From: a virus
Lineage: Duplodnaviria; Caudoviricetes
Virus record (IMG/VR): IMGVR_UViG_3300025640_001000
Reading direction: 5' to 3' (one strand)
DNA: 64,000 nt
Made by a program: the position numbers and the translations under genes. Positions 42,887-53,682 of the stretch are shown one piece after another (within the stretch, counting starts at the first letter, position 1; the number at the start of each line of letters is the position of its first letter). Below the pieces are notes generated by a model. That model was not told the origin of the DNA. It saw nothing but the letters and a program-made list of their open reading frames with translations, and ran no database searches.

Positions 42887-44147
42887 TTCTCTTGCATATT
42901 ATCAGGGGTGGTATGGAACTTGTCCTGAGAGTGGTTCTGATGTATGTGAACCTTTAAAACTAGTGCTTGGTGACGGTCCTTATACAAAGGCTTATACTGA
43001 AATTTTGAATGTTATTGAAATTCGAGATGACAACAAAGCACCAATAAGTTACAACGGAATTCTTCCAGATGTGTTGCTTGGAAATGCAACAATAAAAGAA
43101 TTAAAATGTGGGCATTCTTATTTAATCGTATTAAAAAAAGGAACAGGTAGTGTAGATATTCCCGAATTCACTTTTGCGAACGCAGGAACAAATGACGATT
43201 TGGAAAAAAATCGTTTAGCATTAAATTGCGAAGTAGATACAGGATGTCCTACTTGTGAAGATTATACAGGAAGTTCATCTACATTCAATATTGATTTAAA
43301 GAATTTACCAACAACTGCACAAGAAAGTGTACACGTCGTAGTTTATGATGCTTCTGTAGAAGGAACTTTATGTCATGCAGAAGTTGATTCCGGACTTCCA
43401 AAAACTTATTATATGTTCGTTGATTCTGCAACCGAACCATTTGCTTCTATTACAATCGCAGGTGAACTTAGAGGCACAAAGAAAATAAAATACACAATAA
43501 ATGACGATTGCTACGGAGCAGAACCCGAACAAGAAACTTACGCAGAAGGTGATATAAATGTTTATAGATTTAAATCAATAGGAACCGTGGTAGAACCAGT
43601 TCATACACCCACCGAGACACCTTCTCCTACCAATGTACCAACTCCAACAGAAACACCTTCTCCGAGTGAGACACCAAGCAATGTACCGACTCCAACGGAA
43701 ACACCTTCTCCGAGTGCTACACCATCGCATACACCTTCACATACACCCTCTCACACACCAAGTCCTACATTCACACCAAGTCCATCGGAAACTCCAAGTG
43801 CGACAATAACACCTGATATTATTGAACCTTGTTGCGATGCAGGAATGATAACTGGTATCGTTGGAAGTTCGGTGACAGAAATTTCAATGGAAATAACTGC
43901 TCAACCATTTGATTGTGATGGAACGATATGCTTAAACAGCAACATCACAAGTTCTATGCCAACGAGTGTACGAATAAATGTAAACGGAATTTACATGGGA
44001 GCATTGGGAGTACAAGGAACTTTAAACAACGGAACATCAGTAAAATTAACAATATCTTCCACGACAAATTCATCATTCAATAATTTTGTGGGAATATGCT
44101 TAACAGGAACAATTTCAGATAATATATGTAATTTAACGGAATCATAA
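42858..44147 (+). CDS. Module A, module B, PT linker, module B
   Basis: ATG at 42858 ([20 protein letters not shown]); DDCYGA; PCCDAG...[14 protein letters not shown]. Confidence 0.75.
   Translation: MSTNLDQLSDSLAYYQGWYGTCPESGSDVCEPLKLVLGDGPYTKAYTEILNVIEIRDDNKAPISYNGILPDVLLGNATIKELKCGHSYLIVLKKGTGSVDIPEFTFANAGTNDDLEKNRLALNCEVDTGCPTCEDYTGSSSTFNIDLKNLPTTAQESVHVVVYDASVEGTLCHAEVDSGLPKTYYMFVDSATEPFASITIAGELRGTKKIKYTINDDCYGAEPEQETYAEGDINVYRFKSIGTVVEPVHTPTETPSPTNVPTPTETPSPSETPSNVPTPTETPSPSATPSHTPSHTPSHTPSPTFTPSPSETPSATITPDIIEPCCDAGMITGIVGSSVTEISMEITAQPFDCDGTICLNSNITSSMPTSVRINVNGIYMGALGVQGTLNNGTSVKLTISSTTNSSFNNFVGICLTGTISDNICNLTES
42944..43171 (+). repeat. 228-bp identical direct repeat, copy 2
   Basis: See copy 1. 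Confidence 0.95.
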
Positions 44148-44150
44148 GTC

Positions 44151-47100
44151 ATGGATACAATTCAACAATTAACAAACAACAAAAAAATAGCAATCGTATG
44201 GTATGGTGAATGCGGAGAGGACTGCGTTGATTATGATCTTGACGATTCTGCTAATGCCACAGAAACAAACAAAATAGATCACATCTACGAAATTGCAGAT
44301 GATCAAACCAAATCTATTTTTTATTCAAGTTATGTAGGTCATGTTCATAGCAACTCGGATCAAACATTAAATACACTTCAATGTGGTCATGCTTATTATC
44401 TTGTATTAAAAAAAGGTAGTGATACATTGGAAATTCCAAATATGACAATTGCTCATGCTGGAATTTCCGCAGGAAAGATTTCTCAATCTTGTGCAATTGC
44501 ACCTGAAATTGAATTTGTTGATTTAATTGCAAATATTCCGGCAGATTTGAAACTCAAAATTACAGTTAATATTGATGATCTTGTTGCTCCGTGTGCAGCC
44601 AATACATGGAAATACAAAATAATTAAAGGTGGTGAAAACGAAACTGATCCATACACCGAAATAATAGTTGATGATGTTGAAGGTGATAATACAACACCAG
44701 TTGGAGTTAATGTGGAAGAAATTTCAATTGCAATGCCTGAAGGTGGAATTTACTATAAAGTTGTTATTTGGGGTGAGAATGCAAACGGAGATAAAATCAC
44801 AGAAGAACCAGATCAAGAAAAAGTGGCATTGATGCCATGGCCGTCTGGATTATTTAGCATCGTTGGTACTGTAGGTGTAGATTATTTGGAATACGAAGGA
44901 CCATCTACAAGCAGTACAGAACTTACATTCAGTGGCCAAGATTCTTTGATTGATACTTTACATTTAATTAAACCAAGTTTGAAAGAAATACCTGGTGCAG
45001 ATACAAATGTTGTAAACTGGCAATACAAAATAAATGGTACAGGTGCTTGGGTTGATTACAATGATATTTCAAGTGACGGTCAAGTTGAAGTTCAGTATAC
45101 AGATAAAATTTACTGGAGATTAAAAGAAGATTTGTCAGCAGGAACTGAAGTTGATTTGTTCAAAAATTATCCTGCGACAATGGTTGTAAAATATGTTGAG
45201 AAAAACGGAACGACTTTATTCGTGGAAAAAGATTTAATTGGTGACGTACTCAATCGTAGAATTACAATTCGTGCTTTTCAAGATGACAGAAATTTTAATG
45301 CTTCATTGGATATTACTCGTTTGAATGTTAAACGATGGGATTACAAACTTGAAAAGTTAAATGATACTCAAACAGCTGTAGAAACAACGGTCAGAGATTT
45401 TTCAAGTATTATCGCAACTGGAGCAGAACGAGGAACTGAAACTGAAGATTCTACCATCAATATTCAAACTGCTATTGAAACTCATGGTGCAGGACATTAT
45501 CGTGTAACAGTTCAAGGTTATCATAAAACCGACAATGACATAGTTGTCACGGATGTTCCTGCAGTTGACGAAGCATTTTTTAATTATCCTGTCCCGACCT
45601 TTGCTATTTCTAGTACAGGTGCAGATGCAACTACAGTTGACGTATTTTATCGTGAGTACGAAGGTCCAAGTTCATCAGAACCTCTTGTGTTAACTGCACA
45701 AACAAATGTTGCTTCTGTTGAATTTACTTCTTTGACAAATGAAACTAGTTGGTTTTACGGAGTGGACACAACTGCAAATGCATCTCCACTTCCATTTAAT
45801 CCCACAAATATTGTTGTGACAGACAAAAACAAAATTAATTTTATATTAAAAGAAAATCAAAAAGCAACCGGAAGTGCTGATAAATCTTACGATTCAGATT
45901 TAAGATTTACAATTAAAGGAAAAGATACATTGCATCCAGCTGATCCGGGTACTACCTTGAATCCAGAATTAACAATCAAAGGTCATGTCAAAGAAAGAAT
46001 AACAAGCATAGATACATTGGTAATACAAAGTAATGATCCAAATGCAAATACAATTAATCTTCGTGCAACTTTTGATTTGACTGAGACAAATCGGTATACT
46101 TTTACGTGGAATAAAGATTCTGCATCGTTGTCCACAACAGATGCAGATACTGGAGCAACTTACAATTCCAACAATCTTACAAAAGATTTGTCGGTGGATT
46201 TAAATACTGATAACAGAGGTGAATACAAGTTTGAGTTGGTTGGTAAACATTCTGATGCTAGTAATAATGTGGTTCACGAAAGTGGGTGGATTGCTGGACA
46301 AGTTGCAGAATCAGATGAGAAATCAATTACCGTTTCTTATCCTGCTCCAACATTTGCAGTAACTTCCACAATTTCAGACGGATACAAAGAACGAGAAGAA
46401 TCAAGTAGAGCACCTTCTCCTACAGTGAAACTAATAACATTTCATTGGATGGATCATTCCGAGGATATTACTTTCACAGGACCATCAGATTCAATTTGGG
46501 AATACAAAAAAAGTGGTGATACGAATTACACTTCTGTTTCTGCTACTCCTGTTGTAGTTACCAAATCAGAAGAAATTGAAATTCGTGTAAAAGAAGGAAA
46601 ATTGGTAAGTGACAACGGAGATGAAATCTTAAATTGGTCAGCAACATCGTTAGATGGAACAAATCAAACTGCGACTACAACGATGACTGCGACAATGACG
46701 GAAGGTGAGGAATTACCTAAAGTTGCATGGATTGGGTTTTCCGGAGGAAATGCCAGTGGAGTGAAACAATACTCAGATTGGTATGAGTTGGAAACTGTGG
46801 AGACGGCAAAGGTTGTTCTTGACAATGAGTGGCCACCGGCCGCAACTGGTGGTCAAGGCGGTGCTATTGGTGTTGGTATAGATATAGATTTTACACCGTC
46901 TAATCCATTTGCTGGACAGACTCCTACACATAACATATTCAACAATACACCATTTACGTCAGATACACTCGCACCTTATGGATCAACTCCAAGTACAAGT
47001 CACCCATTTCATGGAAAAGCAATTAAAAGTGATGATAATGGGACTACACTTTATATTATGGTTGAAATGGATCACACTCAATTTAGGATTGCTTCCAGTG

Positions 47101-47573
47101 ATGCGTCCAGTTATGCATCCTCATTGAGTTCCTTCTGCACAGAAAATTCTGTGACTGAGTTGCCGTATATTGTAATAACTACAAATCCAACAAGACCAGA
47201 CAATGATGTGGTTTCAAAACCTTGGATTACACAGGCATTCGACTCGGATTCGTTTAGGATGAAGTGTGATGGAACTTGGAACTATGACGATTCAGACGCA
47301 GAACAATACAACTTAAAAATAGATGGTAAAAATGGATCAGGTGCAAATACAACATTTAGATATTCACCTTCTAGTCCATCTGGTCATGCTTCGGGTCCAT
47401 GGAATGGAATAGGAATGCAGTTCTTTTGTGCGGCTGGATTAACACCCCCCACATCGGGTGATTCCGCGGGTAGTATACCAATGTCTAATATAAAACTAGA
47501 GTTAGGAACAAATAATTCTGGTGTATATGCAAAACTTTCTGATGGAAACCCAACAGGTTCAATTTGTTCTTAA
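44151..47573 (+). CDS. Module A, repeated YxEYEGP beta-sandwich stalk, C-terminal domain shared with the 59629 gene
   Basis: IVWYGECGEDC...LQCGHAYY; DYLEYEGPS and YREYEGPS; WIGF...SDWYELETVE...DHTQF...RMKCDGTWN. Confidence 0.75.
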   Translation: MDTIQQLTNNKKIAIVWYGECGEDCVDYDLDDSANATETNKIDHIYEIADDQTKSIFYSSYVGHVHSNSDQTLNTLQCGHAYYLVLKKGSDTLEIPNMTIAHAGISAGKISQSCAIAPEIEFVDLIANIPADLKLKITVNIDDLVAPCAANTWKYKIIKGGENETDPYTEIIVDDVEGDNTTPVGVNVEEISIAMPEGGIYYKVVIWGENANGDKITEEPDQEKVALMPWPSGLFSIVGTVGVDYLEYEGPSTSSTELTFSGQDSLIDTLHLIKPSLKEIPGADTNVVNWQYKINGTGAWVDYNDISSDGQVEVQYTDKIYWRLKEDLSAGTEVDLFKNYPATMVVKYVEKNGTTLFVEKDLIGDVLNRRITIRAFQDDRNFNASLDITRLNVKRWDYKLEKLNDTQTAVETTVRDFSSIIATGAERGTETEDSTINIQTAIETHGAGHYRVTVQGYHKTDNDIVVTDVPAVDEAFFNYPVPTFAISSTGADATTVDVFYREYEGPSSSEPLVLTAQTNVASVEFTSLTNETSWFYGVDTTANASPLPFNPTNIVVTDKNKINFILKENQKATGSADKSYDSDLRFTIKGKDTLHPADPGTTLNPELTIKGHVKERITSIDTLVIQSNDPNANTINLRATFDLTETNRYTFTWNKDSASLSTTDADTGATYNSNNLTKDLSVDLNTDNRGEYKFELVGKHSDASNNVVHESGWIAGQVAESDEKSITVSYPAPTFAVTSTISDGYKEREESSRAPSPTVKLITFHWMDHSEDITFTGPSDSIWEYKKSGDTNYTSVSATPVVVTKSEEIEIRVKEGKLVSDNGDEILNWSATSLDGTNQTATTTMTATMTEGEELPKVAWIGFSGGNASGVKQYSDWYELETVETAKVVLDNEWPPAATGGQGGAIGVGIDIDFTPSNPFAGQTPTHNIFNNTPFTSDTLAPYGSTPSTSHPFHGKAIKSDDNGTTLYIMVEMDHTQFRIASSDASSYASSLSSFCTENSVTELPYIVITTNPTRPDNDVVSKPWITQAFDSDSFRMKCDGTWNYDDSDAEQYNLKIDGKNGSGANTTFRYSPSSPSGHASGPWNGIGMQFFCAAGLTPPTSGDSAGSIPMSNIKLELGTNNSGVYAKLSDGNPTGSICS

Positions 47574-47589
47574 AAAGTGAGTATGTATC

Positions 47590-50500
47590 GTGAATTTTTG
47601 TTGCCATGATGATTATACCAAGGCAGGAGTATTTTCGGCCGATCATAAAAATATTTACATTGCTTGGCAAGCTTGGCTAGGTACGTTTGAAACACAATCG
47701 GATTTCACAACATTAACAGATTTCCAATCATATTTTGATACACTTGTATCTCAGGGTCAAGTAAATGCTTTAATTAATCCAATTGCAATTTTACCTGACC
47801 ATCCAAGTATAGGAGTAGATTGTGCTGATTTTACGGAACAAGGCTCAATTGCCGCTGACGACAAAAATATATTCATAGCATTTCAGGCATGGTTAGGTAC
47901 GTTTGAGCAAGGTGAGGCACTTGGCACATTATCTGATTTTCAATCTTATTTTGATAATCTCGTATCTCAGGGTCAGGTAAATGCCTTGGTGAATCCTGTT
48001 AAACACCTTCCATCTCTTGAATCAGATGACCAGGTAATTACCGATGGTGGACTTGTAGACAAAAATTGTGGAGAACCACAACCGTGGGATACCGCAGGAA
48101 ACGCAGATCAAGATGGTCTTATTGTCATCACAACAAATTTGTCGGAAACCCTTACCACAAATACCGATGCAGGTGATACAACAACAGGTTCAACTATAGT
48201 AGAATGTGAATATGTTCCGTTTACATCTACAGGTGCTGATCAAGAATATATTGTACCAGAAAATGTAACTTCTATATTTGCTCATGTATGGGGAGCAGGT
48301 GGATCATCTGGTAGATACACCAACACCGCAGGTTCAGGTGGTTATGCAGAAGGTCAGTTTGCAGTAACACCTGGTGAGAAATTAATATTTGGAGTAGGTG
48401 AAACCACAAAAGGAACAACCAATGATACCAAACGAATACCAGGTTATAGTATCGGAGGATCAGCAGGTTACGGAGGAAATGGAGCATACGACCCACCACC
48501 TGGATCATTTCCTGCTACATTCTTTCCGTCATCAGATGGATTATCGGGTGCAGGTGCTGGAGGAGGAATGAGTGGAATTTTTCGTGAATCAATTACACCA
48601 GAAAATGCTTTGATTATAGCAGGTGGAGGAGGTGGAGCTGCGAATGTAACTTATCCTGGTGTTGGAGGTGGAGCAGGTGGTGGAAAAAACGGAGATGCCG
48701 GTTCTGTTCTTCCAGGTGATAAAAAAGGAGGTGCAGGAGCAACACAATTGTCTGGTGGTGACGGTCATTTTCTTGGAAGTGACGGTGAAACAAATTCATG
48801 GGCAAGTGGTGGTGGAGGAGGAGCAGGTTGGTTTGGTGGCACAGGAGGTCAAACAACAAGTGCAACATGGACGAACGAATCTTTACTTGAATCTGCACAA
48901 GGAACTGGTGGAGGTGGATCGGGACATCTAGATAATGTAATTGTATCAGGATCATTTTCAACGGGTACAACTGGGAGAAAAGGTGAAACTACAATAATCA
49001 AATCTCCAAAACCAAGCATGATAAATTGTGCAGATGATACGGTTGTAACTTGTACACCTGATTTTATATGCATTGAAGAACCTGGAAATGGTTCTGATAT
49101 TCCACCGAATTTAGCAGGTATGGCGGGAACATATAAATTAAGAAAACCGGGTACAGACTCAGTTTTAACGGGTAATTCATATCCAGATAAGTGGATTGGT
49201 TACAACAATACGTGGATCAGAACGACCACCTATTTAGGTAATAAAAAACCAAGTTCAAGTTATGGCATTTTGACACGACAGAATGACGCATGGGGAGGTC
49301 AATATTGGATATATTATGCAAGTGTGGTTGGATATTTTGATATGCATGGTCACGCAATAAATCCGGCGCAATATACTGTCCCCGTGGAGACCCGCACCAC
49401 CCACTTCAATATTCCAAAAATATTTGATTCGGAAAACACTGAAACAACGTGTATTACGAAAGCAACATCTATATTGTTTGGAAATAATCCATTCCGCGTG
49501 GGTTATAACAAAAAAATACCCATCATTGTTACTCCAACTGAATGTCCACCTGTTGAATGTACATTTGAAATTAGCAACATTACGGATACAGAACCAACAG
49601 GAACAGAAAACACAATCGGAACTTTTGATTTAACGATAAATTTAAGTAGTTTGTATGATTATGGAACCAGTGGTTATGTTCGTGCAATGGAAGCAGAATT
49701 TAGTGGAATAGAATTAGCAAAGAATAATGCCATAGTAGCAACAACCTTTGATTTATATAAAAACGATTCTTCAAAAACAAATGAAGAACAAGAAATGTGG
49801 ACGGAACTTAGCAATAAAACTCAAACTATTTTATCAAACATTGGTGAAATTACTGAATCACGAAACAAAATAATGTTTGCGGATTTATTGCAGAATCAAG
49901 GATTTAGATTAGCAGCTTATGTAAACACAACTATTACATTTACAATTTCATATACTCAAAAAACCACCGACTATTTTTATGTAAGTTCTGCGGAATTTTA
50001 TGATTCGTCAACGGATATAAATCAGTTTCATGGAATAATATGTACACCCAACACACCAACTCCGTCACCGACAATTACTCCATCACCTACAGTTTCACCA
50101 ACGGTAACCGCATCACCAACGGTAACTCCGTCTCCAACTATTTGTTTTGAAGATGCGTTTTGTATTGTAGAATCTGCTGATTTATACGGACTTCATGCAA
50201 ATTACGAATTAGTTGAAGAAGAAAGTGATGAAAATGGTGCGACTTACATAGCAGTAAATGCAGATATAGCATTTGATGCTGATATTCATGTGCCTATAAA
50301 AATTAAACAAATAGGTGGTTACTCTTCGAATGTTTGGCAGATTCAAACAGATGATCCTACTAAAGAACCATGGCCAATCAAAAATTTGTTTAAACCTATG
50401 TTAAATCAAGACTTGCATTTCTTAGATAAAAACAGAAATCATGTGCATTGTATGAGTCAAGTTAGTTACATTGATTTTGCTGATGCAGGTATTACATCAC

Positions 50501-53500
50501 ACGGATCAACTAATAATCTAATAAGAACTGGTGTACGAGAATGGGACGCAGAATCAACTACCAGTGCATTTACTCGTTATATAATTACACAAAACTTTGA
50601 ATTGTATGTGGCAGGTACCAGTAACATAGGTTCGGGTCATTATTATAATTCATCATATTCATACTCAGATACCAATCCGTATTACTTAAGAGGTTGTAAT
50701 CCACTTGGAATTGATTATACTGAAATTTCTGAACGACGTTCTGTATTTTTACCAGATGGTTATTGGCATGAAGGTGTAGTTTACAGAAGTTTTGAACATG
50801 ATTTTGATTTTTATCAAAAACTTCCGATAGAAAATGTTCAAAAAGTAAGAACCAGTGATCATAACTTTGGTTTGTTAATTCAAACACAGACAGGTGAAGT
50901 TTATGGTACAGGTCACTTCAAAAAGAGTTTAACTGAAAATATTTCACGTATTCAGGAACTAGATGGAATTGATATTGATGAATTGGTTACGGTGGACACT
51001 GTATATTGTGAAAATGATGCAGTTAACTCAGACGAACCAATTTTAAACTTTGCATTTGCGTATATTGATAAAGCAGATGAGTCAAAGTTAGTTTATTATG
51101 TACCTACATTTACTGAACTTTCATGGAGTGAATTTTTGCAGACAGGTGCTTTTACAGACATTCAACTGAATTATCCTTATGTAACTGGTTATACAAAAAT
51201 CACAACTTCTAATTTAACTAATGTTAAAAGTATTATTCCGTTTAAAGATACTGGATTTTTCTGTGTACAGACCAACGATGATAAATTATGGACACACGGT
51301 GTGGTAAAAGAAATGCAGATTCCAAGTGGTTCTGAAGTAGTTAGTTATCTAGGAGTGGGTGGTGGCACCCGTGACTACAATGTTTCATTCATTGATTATA
51401 CGAACGCATTTGATGATCAAAACCAAGTGTTTACAGAAGTTCAAAATATACCAACTATATTATATACCACAACAGACGAACACGGATTAAGAAGTCCTGT
51501 GTTGTCGTATATGATTCAACTATCCGACAAAAATGTGGATGTTTCACTAAGTGAGTTCTTGCCATATTATTTGAGTGATACCACCAATTTGAAATTGATC
51601 AAATCGGGAGTGGATTATGATGAAGTTACTGGACACGAAACGACAAAAATGTTTAGAGTATTATATGCTTCACAAAATTCAAACTGGGAATTAGATACAC
51701 ATCATATGCGAAGTCAGTTTGCAGTTGCATACAACGAAGACAAACTAACATTTGGTTATTTGACAATAACTGACAAAATAAACTTTAATCATAATCTTGA
51801 TTCTACATTGTTGGAGAATTTATTCACAGATGCCAATGACGCATATAATGTAAGCAATCCAACTGAATTTTACAATAAAATAAAAAAGATTACATTTGCA
51901 ACTTATCCATTTTCAAATGGAGAAAAAATAACAAGACAATCAGATGGTGAACTTGTGGTTCCTGTGACTCGTACACACAAGCATATTGTGTCGGTATTGT
52001 TTAATGAAAATCAATACAACAAACGATTGGCAGTAGATGCGTTGATATCATATCATTGGAGTTTTCTTTACTTAGGTAGTTCATATTCATCAGCTGAATT
52101 GGAATTACAACAAGAGCAACACAATTATGAAATTTCAATTTATAATTTTAGTCAAGATTACTTTTATGCAGAAGGAACAGGAAGTTTAGTTGATGATATA
52201 TCAACATTTGGTTATCAATTAAACACTTCAATTGAAAATAACTATCGATATTATGAAGCAGACGGATTCAATGGTGATCACATTCATGATCGTGGTGATA
52301 TAGTTAAATTTGGTCTTGGAACTGAGATAAGTGTCGTGGATGATTGTACATTCGAACCACCCACACCAACTCCTTCAAGAACCACTTCATATACTCCAAC
52401 ACCGTCAATAACTCCGTCACCAACTATCACTTGTGGAGAACCGGATTACACTAATGTAGAAAATACTTTTGTATGCGTTAATGGGATGACATTACAATTT
52501 GTTGGATTTGATAAATTAGAATCACAAGGAGGAAGACCAATTTATGAAACACCAAGTGGTAATGCTAGAATTTATTGGGGTGGTTACCAAGGATGGATTT
52601 TAATAGTATGTAATAATCCTGACGAACCACTTCGGGACGATTGCTACAGTGAATGGACTCACTCTATTCCAAATGCGTGTGATTTTTATCCGTGGGAAGC
52701 AGATTGGTCCGTAACTCAATATGATACACGCATTCAGCATTTAGTGGATGATAGAGGGGGTCAAGGTGATAATGATACAAGATATTTTGATTATTGGTAC
52801 GCAGGAAGTCCAGTTGGTGGAGAAAGTGACTGGTACGGGTCAGTTGATGTCAAAAATTGTACACCATGTGATGCTTGTTTAATAGAACCAAATCAATATA
52901 GTTTGACTGAATTAGGATTACCCGCAGTAAATTCTTTAAGTGCAGAATGGTATCGTGATTTTGGTGGATCATTGTGTTACGGATTGATACATTACACACA
53001 AAATGAAAACTTTCAAATATTCAAAACATACATTGCTTACATTGAAAATGATGCATCACCAATCGGAACAATTACAATTACAGGTGAGTTCATCGGTTCT
53101 GATTTAATAACTTATCAGTCACCTTTAAATGAATGTTATATTGCAACACCTACCATTGAAGGATCACAAAATGTTTATAGATTTATCAAAGAAGAAGCAA
53201 CACCGACACCATCCGACACAAGTTCACCTACACATACACCGTCTCCTACATTTACACCGTCTCCGTCACCTACCATAACACCAAGTCCATCACCGAGTCC
53301 GTCTGTAACGCACACACCAAGTCCAACTGAAACACCTGAATCCGAGTTATCTTGTTGCACAGAAGGTTTGATTGCAAACATAATTTCTAAAAACACAGAA
53401 ATAGAATTTGGTTCACCGACAATAACTGCAACTGCGTTTACTTTCAATGCGGAAGTTTGTGTAGATGTGCCTGATGGAGGATTGCCATATAGTGTAAAAC

Positions 53501-53643
53501 TTAAACTGAATAATGCTATCGTTGGAGTGCTAACCACAACTGGAGTTATGACAGGAACAATTTATGTAAAAAACACAGACACAGAAGTTTGTTACACAGG
53601 AACAATTGTAAATGATGAATGTTCACTAACTATTTTACAATAA
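47590..53643 (+). CDS. 2017-aa modular protein: tandem dockerin-like repeat, Gly-rich tail-fibre-type domain, cohesin-like domain, degenerate propeller, two module B copies
   Basis: GTG start; 72-aa tandem repeat KNIxIAxQAWLGTFE; YIVPENVTSIFAHVWGAGG...GGGGGAGWFGG; FDLTINL...VRAMEAEF; SCCTEG...VCYTGTIVNDEC. Confidence 0.75.
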   Translation: MNFCCHDDYTKAGVFSADHKNIYIAWQAWLGTFETQSDFTTLTDFQSYFDTLVSQGQVNALINPIAILPDHPSIGVDCADFTEQGSIAADDKNIFIAFQAWLGTFEQGEALGTLSDFQSYFDNLVSQGQVNALVNPVKHLPSLESDDQVITDGGLVDKNCGEPQPWDTAGNADQDGLIVITTNLSETLTTNTDAGDTTTGSTIVECEYVPFTSTGADQEYIVPENVTSIFAHVWGAGGSSGRYTNTAGSGGYAEGQFAVTPGEKLIFGVGETTKGTTNDTKRIPGYSIGGSAGYGGNGAYDPPPGSFPATFFPSSDGLSGAGAGGGMSGIFRESITPENALIIAGGGGGAANVTYPGVGGGAGGGKNGDAGSVLPGDKKGGAGATQLSGGDGHFLGSDGETNSWASGGGGGAGWFGGTGGQTTSATWTNESLLESAQGTGGGGSGHLDNVIVSGSFSTGTTGRKGETTIIKSPKPSMINCADDTVVTCTPDFICIEEPGNGSDIPPNLAGMAGTYKLRKPGTDSVLTGNSYPDKWIGYNNTWIRTTTYLGNKKPSSSYGILTRQNDAWGGQYWIYYASVVGYFDMHGHAINPAQYTVPVETRTTHFNIPKIFDSENTETTCITKATSILFGNNPFRVGYNKKIPIIVTPTECPPVECTFEISNITDTEPTGTENTIGTFDLTINLSSLYDYGTSGYVRAMEAEFSGIELAKNNAIVATTFDLYKNDSSKTNEEQEMWTELSNKTQTILSNIGEITESRNKIMFADLLQNQGFRLAAYVNTTITFTISYTQKTTDYFYVSSAEFYDSSTDINQFHGIICTPNTPTPSPTITPSPTVSPTVTASPTVTPSPTICFEDAFCIVESADLYGLHANYELVEEESDENGATYIAVNADIAFDADIHVPIKIKQIGGYSSNVWQIQTDDPTKEPWPIKNLFKPMLNQDLHFLDKNRNHVHCMSQVSYIDFADAGITSHGSTNNLIRTGVREWDAESTTSAFTRYIITQNFELYVAGTSNIGSGHYYNSSYSYSDTNPYYLRGCNPLGIDYTEISERRSVFLPDGYWHEGVVYRSFEHDFDFYQKLPIENVQKVRTSDHNFGLLIQTQTGEVYGTGHFKKSLTENISRIQELDGIDIDELVTVDTVYCENDAVNSDEPILNFAFAYIDKADESKLVYYVPTFTELSWSEFLQTGAFTDIQLNYPYVTGYTKITTSNLTNVKSIIPFKDTGFFCVQTNDDKLWTHGVVKEMQIPSGSEVVSYLGVGGGTRDYNVSFIDYTNAFDDQNQVFTEVQNIPTILYTTTDEHGLRSPVLSYMIQLSDKNVDVSLSEFLPYYLSDTTNLKLIKSGVDYDEVTGHETTKMFRVLYASQNSNWELDTHHMRSQFAVAYNEDKLTFGYLTITDKINFNHNLDSTLLENLFTDANDAYNVSNPTEFYNKIKKITFATYPFSNGEKITRQSDGELVVPVTRTHKHIVSVLFNENQYNKRLAVDALISYHWSFLYLGSSYSSAELELQQEQHNYEISIYNFSQDYFYAEGTGSLVDDISTFGYQLNTSIENNYRYYEADGFNGDHIHDRGDIVKFGLGTEISVVDDCTFEPPTPTPSRTTSYTPTPSITPSPTITCGEPDYTNVENTFVCVNGMTLQFVGFDKLESQGGRPIYETPSGNARIYWGGYQGWILIVCNNPDEPLRDDCYSEWTHSIPNACDFYPWEADWSVTQYDTRIQHLVDDRGGQGDNDTRYFDYWYAGSPVGGESDWYGSVDVKNCTPCDACLIEPNQYSLTELGLPAVNSLSAEWYRDFGGSLCYGLIHYTQNENFQIFKTYIAYIENDASPIGTITITGEFIGSDLITYQSPLNECYIATPTIEGSQNVYRFIKEEATPTPSDTSSPTHTPSPTFTPSPSPTITPSPSPSPSVTHTPSPTETPESELSCCTEGLIANIISKNTEIEFGSPTITATAFTFNAEVCVDVPDGGLPYSVKLKLNNAIVGVLTTTGVMTGTIYVKNTDTEVCYTGTIVNDECSLTILQ

Positions 53644-53658
53644 CTTTAAATAACCTAA

Positions 53659-53666
53659 TATTTATA
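53659..53666 (+). promoter_or_regulatory. TATTTATA putative late-promoter motif
   Basis: Upstream of 53683. Confidence 0.55.
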
Positions 53667-53682
53667 TACTAACGAATTTCAA

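Noticed and set aside
47583-47609. Frameshift or homopolymer error giving an ATG start (MYREF-CCHDDY) for the 2017-aa gene
   Set aside because: The in-frame GTG at 47590 already gives an N-terminus of similar length to the paralog at 63184, so no shift is needed.
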